A program made the position numbers and the translations under genes. The notes beneath the pieces were generated by a model. That model was not told the DNA's origin. It was given only the letters and a program-made list of their open reading frames with translations, and made no database searches. A stretch of 63,562 nt of DNA, counting the filler. It is 4 parts of 4 records of this genome, joined end to end, with 100 filler letters (N's around TTAATTAATTAA, not from the genome) between each part and the next. Parts side by side here need not be neighbours in the genome. Positions count along the whole stretch, not along the records: positions 7,851 to 34,087 come from DRR723986_5788; 3 more parts are not named here. One strand, given 5' to 3'. Each line of letters starts with the position of its first letter. The stretch's first letter is position 1. Shown one piece after another: positions 20,232 to 28,940 of this stretch.

Positions 20232-20786
20232 ATGCCCTATTCTTGTTCAAGCATTGAAGACCTGTCCGAGCTGCTATTTGATGTAGTCACACACAATTTA
20301 GTGTTCTACTATGAAAGAGGTACTGGCGGTCAGGACGATATCTTCAGACTTCAAGTATATGACTACAACAGCATATTGCAGTTTGAGTGTGATATTGATG
20401 GTATTTTTGGTGAGAGCCTGTGCCTTGATGTAACTGGGCCTGACAACGACGGGAAGCACCATCTGCGTGTTTCTTCGACGGAAACATTTCAATTGCCAAG
20501 TAGCTATTTTCAAAAGGAGATTGACTTCAGCAAACCTTATGCAAGTGTTAAGGTTGAGAAAAGCGACCTGGATGACAACTTTAATTTTGTGGGTGTTGAA
20601 GATATTCGCTACGACTCGGTTGCAACACAGTTCATCCCACTCAAAAACCATCGCTACAGCCTCAAACAATGCCGCATCTACCTTAGTCGCAGGGACAATA
20701 TCCTTGAGATTCAATGCGCTTGTGTACCGCCAAATTGCGGTTCAACCCCAAACCCGTGTTATACCTGTGTGATTACAACAGTTTAA
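20232..20786 (+). CDS. Small uncharacterised beta-rich protein B2 with a Cys-rich tail
   Basis: GGAG RBS; NLVFYY, DIDG, FVGVEDIR and DNILEI match C2 (28405-28920). Confidence 0.75.
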   Translation: MPYSCSSIEDLSELLFDVVTHNLVFYYERGTGGQDDIFRLQVYDYNSILQFECDIDGIFGESLCLDVTGPDNDGKHHLRVSSTETFQLPSSYFQKEIDFSKPYASVKVEKSDLDDNFNFVGVEDIRYDSVATQFIPLKNHRYSLKQCRIYLSRRDNILEIQCACVPPNCGSTPNPCYTCVITTV

Positions 20787-20821
20787 CAACACTCCCAATT
20801 ATCACTATCAAAGGAAATACT

Positions 20822-22447
20822 ATGTCAACTCGCACACTTCCCAGCACTTACGGTGAAATTAAAGCGATTGTGTTTAACTCTCCAATTGAATATGATCAAA
20901 TTGACAAAAATGGAAAACCTCCCGAACGCGTAGCGGCACGTTATAATGACGTCATCGAAACTTTTAAAATGGCAAATCCAAAATGGGACATTGAAGTTAT
21001 CATCCTTGGAAAAAAGCCATCCAAGAGAATGTTCTTTGCATCCCACTCTACAATTCCAATGTATAAAATTCAGGAACTGTGGATTAAAACAATTGCTGAC
21101 TTTGAGAGAATTCTACTGGATCTCTATTCCGCAGTTTTACCACCGAGTGTTATTAGTTTGGTCCACATCGTTTTGGAAGATCACCCTGACGATATAGATG
21201 ATGATGAAGTAGATGATGTGGTAGATGATGTAGTAGATGATCTACTTGATGACAACCTTGAGATGTCTCCTACTGAGATGGCAGTATCGCCTGCATTTCA
21301 CAAACCTCCATCACGCCAACCGGCCAACCAGCCAACCAGATATGTTTTTGAGTCGATTCAGGATCCATTTATCATCAAACCGAACGAAAACATTGGTCGA
21401 GTGAACAGTTTGGGTATCGCAATCTCAGAACATTTTCGACCATACGGTGTGCCCGAAAAACTTCTAAAGAAGCTTATTAGTGAGCTAAACAACTCAAAAA
21501 TTCCAACGAGTAGTGGAAATACTCTGAGTTTCATTTTTGAACGATTTGACGGCCACCTTCACGGAGGTAACATCCTGATTAGTAAGAATTTTGCTCTGAT
21601 TGGAACCAATACGCTGGCAAAAAATCTTAGTATTCTTGACAATCAAGATGATCCCGAGTTTGCAACAGCGGATGATGTCACCGCAGCGTTTAAGCATAAC
21701 CTGAACCTATCGGCAGTCCACTGGATTGGTGCTGAGAGCCAAAATAAGCTGGCGTTTGAATATGACAAGAAAAATCAAGACTTGGGACTATTAAGACAAC
21801 TGATTGAGCATCTGGATATGTTTATCACGCTTGGCGGTCCCCTTGACGAGAAAGAGTCTCAAGAAATCGTATTCCTTGCGACAATTAGCAAAAGAAACAG
21901 TATTGGAGTCCCAGACGACCTTTTCACAAGAATCAAGAACTACTTAAAGGAACAACGGGACAAACTGAAAAACATTAAGACAAAATCTAATCAAGACAAG
22001 TTTAAGATTATTCCCATCCCAATAATTTTGCACATGGTTGGTGAAAAACTTTGGTACTCCTACAACAACTGTATACTGGAAGTCTACCTTGATGACAAGG
22101 ACAAGTTGGTGCGTAAGGCCTACATTCCCCAGTACACAGCTCCAAAGGGCAGCTCCGCTGAAGTAGAGGAGATATTCAACAAAGCCAACGAGAAAGCTTG
22201 TAGAAGATTTAAGAGTGCTGGATTTAGTCTGTTTACATGCAGCACAATGTTCGACGCCCGTTCGCGAAATAACGGATCCCTACACTGTATTTGCAGTTTT
22301 GTACCGCACTCCCAATTAAGAACCGAAGGGCAACAACATCGCCCGAACTCGCATTACGGCCCAACTACAGTTTCGGACTTGCGATTTTGTAAGCATTCGA
22401 AACAGACTGACTTAACACTTCTTTCCCAACCATCAATGAATATTTGA
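20822..22447 (+). CDS. Pentein-fold guanidino-modifying enzyme (PAD/agmatine deiminase/amidinotransferase-like), module B
   Basis: STYGEIK N-terminus, SIQD, GGNILI, HLDMF, YNNC, GSLHCI give the Asp/His/Asp/Cys catalytic set. Start placed at ATG 20822 after AAGGA. Confidence 0.8.
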   Translation: MSTRTLPSTYGEIKAIVFNSPIEYDQIDKNGKPPERVAARYNDVIETFKMANPKWDIEVIILGKKPSKRMFFASHSTIPMYKIQELWIKTIADFERILLDLYSAVLPPSVISLVHIVLEDHPDDIDDDEVDDVVDDVVDDLLDDNLEMSPTEMAVSPAFHKPPSRQPANQPTRYVFESIQDPFIIKPNENIGRVNSLGIAISEHFRPYGVPEKLLKKLISELNNSKIPTSSGNTLSFIFERFDGHLHGGNILISKNFALIGTNTLAKNLSILDNQDDPEFATADDVTAAFKHNLNLSAVHWIGAESQNKLAFEYDKKNQDLGLLRQLIEHLDMFITLGGPLDEKESQEIVFLATISKRNSIGVPDDLFTRIKNYLKEQRDKLKNIKTKSNQDKFKIIPIPIILHMVGEKLWYSYNNCILEVYLDDKDKLVRKAYIPQYTAPKGSSAEVEEIFNKANEKACRRFKSAGFSLFTCSTMFDARSRNNGSLHCICSFVPHSQLRTEGQQHRPNSHYGPTTVSDLRFCKHSKQTDLTLLSQPSMNI

Positions 22448-22457
22448 AGTGAATACG

Positions 22458-23372
22458 ATGCCTAAAAAACTCGGAATACTCGTGATTCATGGAATCGGCA
22501 AACAGTCAGATGGTTTCTCCAATGCCTTGCGTTCCAATGTAAATGAACATCTGCGTGATCTGAATGTCAATACATCCGAAATTGCCTGGCAGGAGGCGCA
22601 ATGGGCAGATGTCCTTTCCGGAGTGGAAACGGAACTTATGGACGATTTGACCAAGGATAACCCTCTACGGTACATGGACTTTCGGAATTTTGTCGTGCAT
22701 GCATTAGGAGATGCCATTGCCTACCAACAAGTGCCCGGTGGCCGCGAAAAAATCGATGTGTACGATGCCATCCACAGGCAGATCCAAACATCCCTATTAC
22801 GTCTTAGGGGCAAAATCCGCGATTCAAATCCGGCACAAGACGTAGAAGCTCCGCTTATAATTATTGCGGAGTCGCTTGGCTGCCACATAATCTCCAACTA
22901 TATCTGGGATATGCAACGAGCCATTGGACAAGAAAGTGCCGGAAAAGAAGTTCACCCACCGCTCTGCTTTGACCTTCCCGACAATGCTTTTGAAAGAATG
23001 CAAACCGTATCAGCAATCATTATGAATGGATGTAACCTGCCTCTGTTTACTTTGGCCTACAACGACCGCCAGCCGATTAACTTTCCGCCGGAGCAATTGC
23101 GTACTTTTTTCCCGGGCAGCATAGACGATGAAGACTTCAACAGCGCAATTCGTTGGAATAACTATTACGATCCCGATGACATTCTGGCTTATCCCTTAAA
23201 ACCGTTAAGCAAGAAGTATCACGATACGGTTCACAGAGACGTTCGGGTTAACGTTGGCTCTATAGTGACCTCTGCGACGCCACTATCGCATACAAAGTAC
23301 TGGACGGATGACGACTATACGGAACCGGCAGCCAAGATGATCTATAGGGTCTGGCGCTTGCTAGGCCCCTAA
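22458..23372 (+). CDS. Alpha/beta-hydrolase-fold protein
   Basis: VIHGIG oxyanion motif, AESLG elbow, NYYDPDDILAYPL, SHTKYW. Confidence 0.78.
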   Translation: MPKKLGILVIHGIGKQSDGFSNALRSNVNEHLRDLNVNTSEIAWQEAQWADVLSGVETELMDDLTKDNPLRYMDFRNFVVHALGDAIAYQQVPGGREKIDVYDAIHRQIQTSLLRLRGKIRDSNPAQDVEAPLIIIAESLGCHIISNYIWDMQRAIGQESAGKEVHPPLCFDLPDNAFERMQTVSAIIMNGCNLPLFTLAYNDRQPINFPPEQLRTFFPGSIDDEDFNSAIRWNNYYDPDDILAYPLKPLSKKYHDTVHRDVRVNVGSIVTSATPLSHTKYWTDDDYTEPAAKMIYRVWRLLGP

Positions 23373-23447
23373 GACCAGTTAGTGAAAACACTACGCTAAC
23401 CAGTAGGACACATGATTGTTCTTTGACAACTCACACAAACGATTTCG

Positions 23448-23482
23448 AGGCTTAAAACACGTACTGCCAGTGTTTTAAGCCT
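23448..23482 (+). terminator. Stem-loop after module B
   Basis: AGGCTTAAAACAC...GTGTTTTAAGCCT perfect inverted repeat. Confidence 0.6.
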
Positions 23483-23576
23483 TGAGGCAACCTGCATTTT
23501 CTTTGCCGCACAATATATGATTTTCTGAAAGAAACCGGATTGCGGTCTTGCACATTTCTCTAGACGGAGTTAGACT

Positions 23577-24650
23577 ATGCGTACACTTTTCTGTTTATTT
23601 CTATCTTGCTTTTTGTTAACATCCAACTCACTTAGCCAAGGTGTGTTTCGAACTCATAAAACCAAGTCTGTCCACAAAAACTCGCGGCTTGCCAAACAAC
23701 TCCAAAAAGAACTTGACAGCCTGCAACTTCTTCGGCAGCAAGGCATAACAGCACTGTCGGCGGGATTAGCACCTTCTGAGCTGAGGTACAAAGAGAATCC
23801 ACCTGCATCCGAAACCGATGCAGATGAACCGCTATCGTTCTTTGAAGTTTTGGCTGAGATTGATCAATCGATCGCAGAACGCGAACGCGAATTGGAGGGT
23901 ATTTCCAATACCACCAGCGGCGATGGTGACGGCACTGGAACCAGCAGCGATACTAAGCCCGAAACATCGGGTTTTGCGGGAAGCAGTGGTTTTGTGATTT
24001 CCAAAAACGGTAAAGTGACCCCAACAGTATTGGGCTCGGCTAATTTCGATATCTCGACCAATTCGAATATTTCGATTGCTGTTGGTGGACTACCGGCAAT
24101 TGCCGACACAGCGTCCGACCAAGTCGGTGAGAACTTGTTTCTGCCGGATCAGAGCACCTATAGTTTTGCGTTGAGTTATTCACATCTACTTGATTCGCTG
24201 ATTGACTGGAAACAGAATTTTGGCTTAACAGTTGGCACGCGCCTTATGGGCAAAAGTCTGCAAAGGCTAAAACCTGATAGTATTGAAACTGCAATCCAAC
24301 AGACAGACTTTGGCGTTATCGATCTCCAAGTGGCACTGGATTACATTCTGATTAATACGGACGCCAAGAAGTTCAGTCTATTTGGCGCTGTCAATTATCT
24401 AAGTATTGATCAGAATGAAGACAGATTCACAGAATTTTTTGGTTCCGATGCTGAGCGTAATTTCATTTATCCAAGTTTTGGATTCCGTGTACAGGTCTCC
24501 AGCGAATCGGCCGGCATGTTCAGTGGAATGTTTATCCAGGGAGAGTACTTCCACTATACAGACACAGTCCACACAATCGAGGAAACAAAAGTTAACGATG
24601 GAATTTTTTATCTCCGCATCGGTGTATCCGGAGATTTTTGGCGCTGGTAA
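23577..24650 (+). CDS. Secreted, putative outer-membrane beta-barrel protein
   Basis: Signal peptide, coiled N-terminal part, alternating beta-strands, C-terminal aromatic residues (FYLRIGVSGDFWRW). Confidence 0.6.
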   Translation: MRTLFCLFLSCFLLTSNSLSQGVFRTHKTKSVHKNSRLAKQLQKELDSLQLLRQQGITALSAGLAPSELRYKENPPASETDADEPLSFFEVLAEIDQSIAERERELEGISNTTSGDGDGTGTSSDTKPETSGFAGSSGFVISKNGKVTPTVLGSANFDISTNSNISIAVGGLPAIADTASDQVGENLFLPDQSTYSFALSYSHLLDSLIDWKQNFGLTVGTRLMGKSLQRLKPDSIETAIQQTDFGVIDLQVALDYILINTDAKKFSLFGAVNYLSIDQNEDRFTEFFGSDAERNFIYPSFGFRVQVSSESAGMFSGMFIQGEYFHYTDTVHTIEETKVNDGIFYLRIGVSGDFWRW

Positions 24651-24696
24651 TCCAGTGCTAGAAGTAGAGACTCAAGGCTGTTAACCCGCAATCCCA

Positions 24697-24834
24697 GAGA
24701 CTGCCTCAAATGTTCTAGGCTTCCGGCACAACAACAAACAAGAAGATCCAGCAAGCCACTCAAACTAAGCTGCTGAAGCGACTGGGGCGAAATTACTGAG
24801 GTGATCGGGGCGAAGCGCTCAAACCTCAAGTCAA
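24697..24834 (-). repeat. Dispersed intergenic repeat, copy 2
   Basis: Reverse complement reads TTGACTTGAGGTTTGAGCGCTTCGCCCCGATCACCT...GAGTGGCTTGCT...TTCTTGTTTGTT...ACATTTGAGGCAGTC. Confidence 0.65.
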
Positions 24835-24895
24835 GAACCCGAAATGTTAAGTCAGCCAAAAAATGAACTGATTATATGCGCAATTTTCAACGATC

Positions 24896-25237
24896 CTAGT
24901 TCCAGACGAATGTGTGCCCCAACAGCATACTCACAAAGTTATACGCGAGTACAAGTAAAACAAACACAATAAACACGAGGTCCAGGATTATGTATGGCCA
25001 GAAGGCCAGTTTTTCGCGGAATGGGACGTACAACATTACTCCGACTGCCAAGACGATTAACTCCAGAGCGCTGTGAAAATAGTGAATCTGAATGTTAACT
25101 GAGCGACTGGCGGGATAAAGCCCAACCATAATCCCAATGCATTTGGACAGGACAATCACAGTCACAGTTATCAAAACTCTTGTTCCCGGAGTCAGTTCCG
25201 GTTTTTGTGATTTTTGAACCTCGTGCTCTGACTGCAT
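24896..25237 (-). CDS. Small 3-TM membrane protein (paralog of 25502-25837)
   Basis: Three hydrophobic segments; I.Y, Y..FR, ILD.V, (Y/F)N and C-terminal H...W shared with the neighbour. Confidence 0.72.
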   Translation of the reverse strand: MQSEHEVQKSQKPELTPGTRVLITVTVIVLSKCIGIMVGLYPASRSVNIQIHYFHSALELIVLAVGVMLYVPFREKLAFWPYIILDLVFIVFVLLVLAYNFVSMLLGHTFVWN

Positions 25238-25501
25238 GTTTATCCCCCTACCAGAGCCGCACCAATTTTATCTTGGGATTCTACTCCGATATCAACACCG
25301 CAAATTGAGGTAAAAATGCCTTATCCGGGGCGTTTTCCCTCACCATCTATTGTATCGTACAGGCAAGCTGAATTTCGGTTCAAATGCAGATGTCCGCGCA
25401 GCAAAACATGCATGATCGGAATTGACTGGTCGTGCGGGTCACCAAAATGAAGACACAGTTAAATGTATGAATAAATCCAGGCACAAGCGAATAGAAAACA
25501 A

Positions 25502-25837
25502 TCAGCTCCATGCCTGAGAGTGCAGGATCAGCAGCAAAATAATGTTGAAGGCAGTAAACAGTAGACCAAAGAGAACGTACACAATGTCTAAAATCAGGAA
25601 AGTCGATCCCTTAACACTATTGCGAAAGGAAAGGTAGAAATTAATACTGACAAATAGTCCAATTTGCTCTGCAACACAGGAGACATACTGAATTTTTGCC
25701 GTAATTGCTTCGTTGAAGGACAATAAATAAAGCAGGCCGAATAGTGATAATTTCCAAAATAATATTCCGACAACGATTAATAGTGTCACGCTTCCCGGTG
25801 ACCCTTCAGATTGTGCCGGCAGCTGCACTTGTTCCAT
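25502..25837 (-). CDS. Small 3-TM membrane protein (paralog of 24896-25237)
   Basis: Same motifs as its neighbour; GGAG RBS upstream on the minus strand. Confidence 0.72.
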   Translation of the reverse strand: MEQVQLPAQSEGSPGSVTLLIVVGILFWKLSLFGLLYLLSFNEAITAKIQYVSCVAEQIGLFVSINFYLSFRNSVKGSTFLILDIVYVLFGLLFTAFNIILLLILHSQAWS

Positions 25838-26010
25838 ATTTGTCTCCCCTGTTCCTGAACTTTATGTGATCTTGTAATCTGAACCCAGCGCCGAAACTTG
25901 AACAAAGTACTATAGCTCAATCCGTAAGCAAATATAACAATAGTACGCTGTATACGAGTTAAAAAAATGATTCTCAGAATAAATTTCAGTCGTGGAGCCA
26001 CGCAAGAGTT

Positions 26011-27546
26011 TTAAGCACCGCGCTTGGCGTTGTATTCAACAAAAACTTCCAGCGTTGGACGGTTTTGCACAATGGACTCCAGCCAAAACAATAACTCACG
26101 CATGCCAAGAAAGTGCTGGTCGCGCGGGCCGGCCGCGATAGCACGTATGTTAAAGCAGAGGCGCTCGTAGACCGTGAACTTTTCGGCTTCGCTGACGGCT
26201 TTTGACAGAAGTTTAAGTTCGTCGACAATCACCTTCTCATACTCAACACTCTTTTTGTTGCGTTTGAGTGAAGCCAAAATCCGGCGTATTAACATGTCGA
26301 GGGAGTCCTCACTATCCAGCTCCACATGCACTATTGCAAAAACAACCTGGGCAATCATTTGAATGTCCTTGCGCGCATCTGTTTTAAAATCATTCATGAT
26401 GCGCAGCAGCCACTGAAGTGATGTTTGGTAGTCCTCCAGAATAAAATGTATCACAGCCAGATTGTAAAATATTGTGAGCAAACGCGACTGCACCATGTGA
26501 TCGCCAAACTTGCGTAGACCGCTTTCAATCCACTCCAGGCGCGTGAGCACTGGCTCCAGCTCACAACTGTTGAGTGCATTAAGCAGCAACAGATGTGCTT
26601 CATTCTGGAATTTTTCAACGTCCTGCGCAAAATTCTGTGGTTTGAGGTTGTGAATTTTGGCGACAACTTCGTTAATCGTTTTGGTGTCAATCGGGTCACA
26701 CAACATGCAGGAGTTGGCATAGTTTGCCAAAGACTTGCTGAAGCCCATGAACCCGTCACTTAAACGCTCGGGATTGGATTCCCAGAGTTCTACTATTTTG
26801 CGGCGAAAGCGCGTGGTCTCCTCATGTCGATTGTGCAGCCGGTGGTAACGCGCCATAATTGCGTAATAATAGCGCCGGCAGTCAAATGTAACCGCCAGAG
26901 ATTCATTCTGTAGCAGGGGTGACTTGAGAAGTTCTTGCAGCGCTGCCTTACTCTCGGCACTGGGTTGTTTATACGATTGGCTGGAGTGCAGTAACATGCG
27001 GTCGTGCAGGGTTTGATACTGCCGTACAAGCTGATATTCCTGCAGGACTTTCTGGCTTTCGTCCAGCGAAGCATTCATAGCCTTGACGATGCCCGGTGGC
27101 TGCCGTTTCTGCAGGATGCGCCGCTGCTTTTCAAGTATCTCTATCAGTGCTGTGTGGTAGTCAATTTCGCGTGCCATTTTAGCCGCGTGCACCAGGGTCT
27201 TGGCAGCCTGGCCGAGCAGCCCCAGTTCGATAAGGCATTCGGCATTGCTCAGCTGTCGGTCCACGGCCTCCTGCTGTGAGTTGCCGGCACGGCGGATACG
27301 CAGGCTCTCCAGAATTTGATCATAGAGGCGCATTTTATGTGAGGGGAAGTTGCGTACCGAGTAGTGCTTTTCCAGTTTGGCTTTGGCCGCCGCCTCATCA
27401 TAGACGTCCTGTGTACGGATAATGTCAAACAAATCAACAACCAAACCTTCGATTCCACGCTTGCGCAGCTGCAGTTTGAAGTAGATAATGTCGTGTTTGG
27501 TGAGCGACTTTATCAGCTGATGTAAGTCAGTACTGGGGCTTTTCAT
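26011..27546 (-). CDS. Large helical TPR-like protein, paralog C
   Basis: Start placed at ATG 27546 (MKSPSTDLHQLIKSLTKHDIIYFK); VELWESN, RKDIQ..HVEL, ELLFWLES. Confidence 0.8.
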   Translation of the reverse strand: MKSPSTDLHQLIKSLTKHDIIYFKLQLRKRGIEGLVVDLFDIIRTQDVYDEAAAKAKLEKHYSVRNFPSHKMRLYDQILESLRIRRAGNSQQEAVDRQLSNAECLIELGLLGQAAKTLVHAAKMAREIDYHTALIEILEKQRRILQKRQPPGIVKAMNASLDESQKVLQEYQLVRQYQTLHDRMLLHSSQSYKQPSAESKAALQELLKSPLLQNESLAVTFDCRRYYYAIMARYHRLHNRHEETTRFRRKIVELWESNPERLSDGFMGFSKSLANYANSCMLCDPIDTKTINEVVAKIHNLKPQNFAQDVEKFQNEAHLLLLNALNSCELEPVLTRLEWIESGLRKFGDHMVQSRLLTIFYNLAVIHFILEDYQTSLQWLLRIMNDFKTDARKDIQMIAQVVFAIVHVELDSEDSLDMLIRRILASLKRNKKSVEYEKVIVDELKLLSKAVSEAEKFTVYERLCFNIRAIAAGPRDQHFLGMRELLFWLESIVQNRPTLEVFVEYNAKRGA

Positions 27547-27931
27547 GTATGAACTTCTATTCGTATCTATGCTTATCGGGCCTTCAAAACACGAAAAATT
27601 ATTTCCGTAGTCGAGTAATATATTCAATCCATATTTCTGACAAACACTTGCACGCATTTCAATACACATTTAGTGAAAGTGCTCGTAATGAAACAACCGA
27701 TTTTGGCTTATTTTCGGCACTTTTGGCATTCTACGTACGTACAGCAGAATCATTAGATTCAGTCAATTGCTTCAAATCCTGGAACGGTTACCAATGTCAT
27801 TTTATGAGATTTATGGCTTGCTTGTTTCTGCACTGATGATCTAGATTGGGCACCACAGACCCGGGACATCCAGCCCCTGCCTTCTACGCGCTGGCATCTC
27901 CCACTCCTCCATCTCAAAAACTTGGCCGGCC

Positions 27932-28330
27932 GTGGAAAGGGACGAATTCATACATCGAGCGGAGTTCGACAATCAAAGCTACGATGCATTTGTGCAGGGC
28001 AGTTCTCTTATCATCAGCAACAACTATACGCATGTTCAGGCACTACAAATTGACATGGACAATCACGTATTGGGTCTGCATGCCATCAATGGCTATCTGT
28101 GCATTGGAAAAGTTCTTTTCCGTGGCAAACACGCCTGTACCGTTTTACAGCGCCCCAGGGTACTCTCCGGCCACTTAACATTTCAGGCACCCGAAAAGGG
28201 CTGGGTCCTCCAGGTCTATGGCCATGACATGCAAGGGCATATTCTTCAGTTGCGATTTGAATTAACACAGTTGATCGTGGAGGTTGAAGTCGGCGCATCG
28301 ACCGTCACGATCCGTTCAAGCAAACTGTGA
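27932..28330 (+). CDS. Small uncharacterised beta-rich protein C1
   Basis: GTG start, 132 aa; similar length, position and motif to B1. Confidence 0.68.
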   Translation: MERDEFIHRAEFDNQSYDAFVQGSSLIISNNYTHVQALQIDMDNHVLGLHAINGYLCIGKVLFRGKHACTVLQRPRVLSGHLTFQAPEKGWVLQVYGHDMQGHILQLRFELTQLIVEVEVGASTVTIRSSKL

Positions 28331-28404
28331 ATCGATAAAGACAAAGCGTCTGCAGACGCACCCATAAATACGTTTTAACAATACTTTCATCTCAGGAGCT
28401 AACG

Positions 28405-28920
28405 ATGACTGGTGTAGACGAGTTTTTACTAAAAAACATCCGACTGTATTTTGATGAAGACGCCAAGTTGGTCAAAGTGCGTGACTGCCCGAACGGTGCA
28501 GAAACTGACTACGATCTGGACGGCACGTGTGTTGGCGTAACAATTGAAAACGACAAGCTGTTTATTGGTCCAGGCAAGACGCTGGATTCGCCGATTTCAC
28601 TTCCAACACAGATTCCAATTCACCGCAATCACGTGCAGGGCTTTTTTGCACATTTGATTGACTCCAACGCCAGTTCACAGGGCACGTCCGAGGACATCGT
28701 CGACGTAGAGTTTGTCGGTGCGGGTGATGACCGTGACGAGTGTGACCTGATAACGACCGGCAAACCGCGCGATATGTTCCGCTTCCGACTTTCTGAGTTA
28801 ACGATTCAGATGAAAATTGTTAACAGCGGCGGCGATACAATCCTGCAGATTTGGTATGAGAGCGATGCAAGCACCGGGCTTGATCACATGGTAACAACCA
28901 ATCTGGATGCAATCCACTAA
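28405..28920 (+). CDS. Small uncharacterised beta-rich protein C2
   Basis: AGGAG RBS; NIRLYF, DLDG, FVGAGDDR and DTILQI match B2. Confidence 0.78.
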   Translation: MTGVDEFLLKNIRLYFDEDAKLVKVRDCPNGAETDYDLDGTCVGVTIENDKLFIGPGKTLDSPISLPTQIPIHRNHVQGFFAHLIDSNASSQGTSEDIVDVEFVGAGDDRDECDLITTGKPRDMFRFRLSELTIQMKIVNSGGDTILQIWYESDASTGLDHMVTTNLDAIH

Positions 28921-28940
28921 TAAACAGGGGTCTTATATCT

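Noticed and set aside
27804-27836. Tiny ORF (MRFMACLFLH) as a signalling peptide for TPR paralog C
   Set aside because: No RBS and no equivalent in modules A or B; expected by chance.
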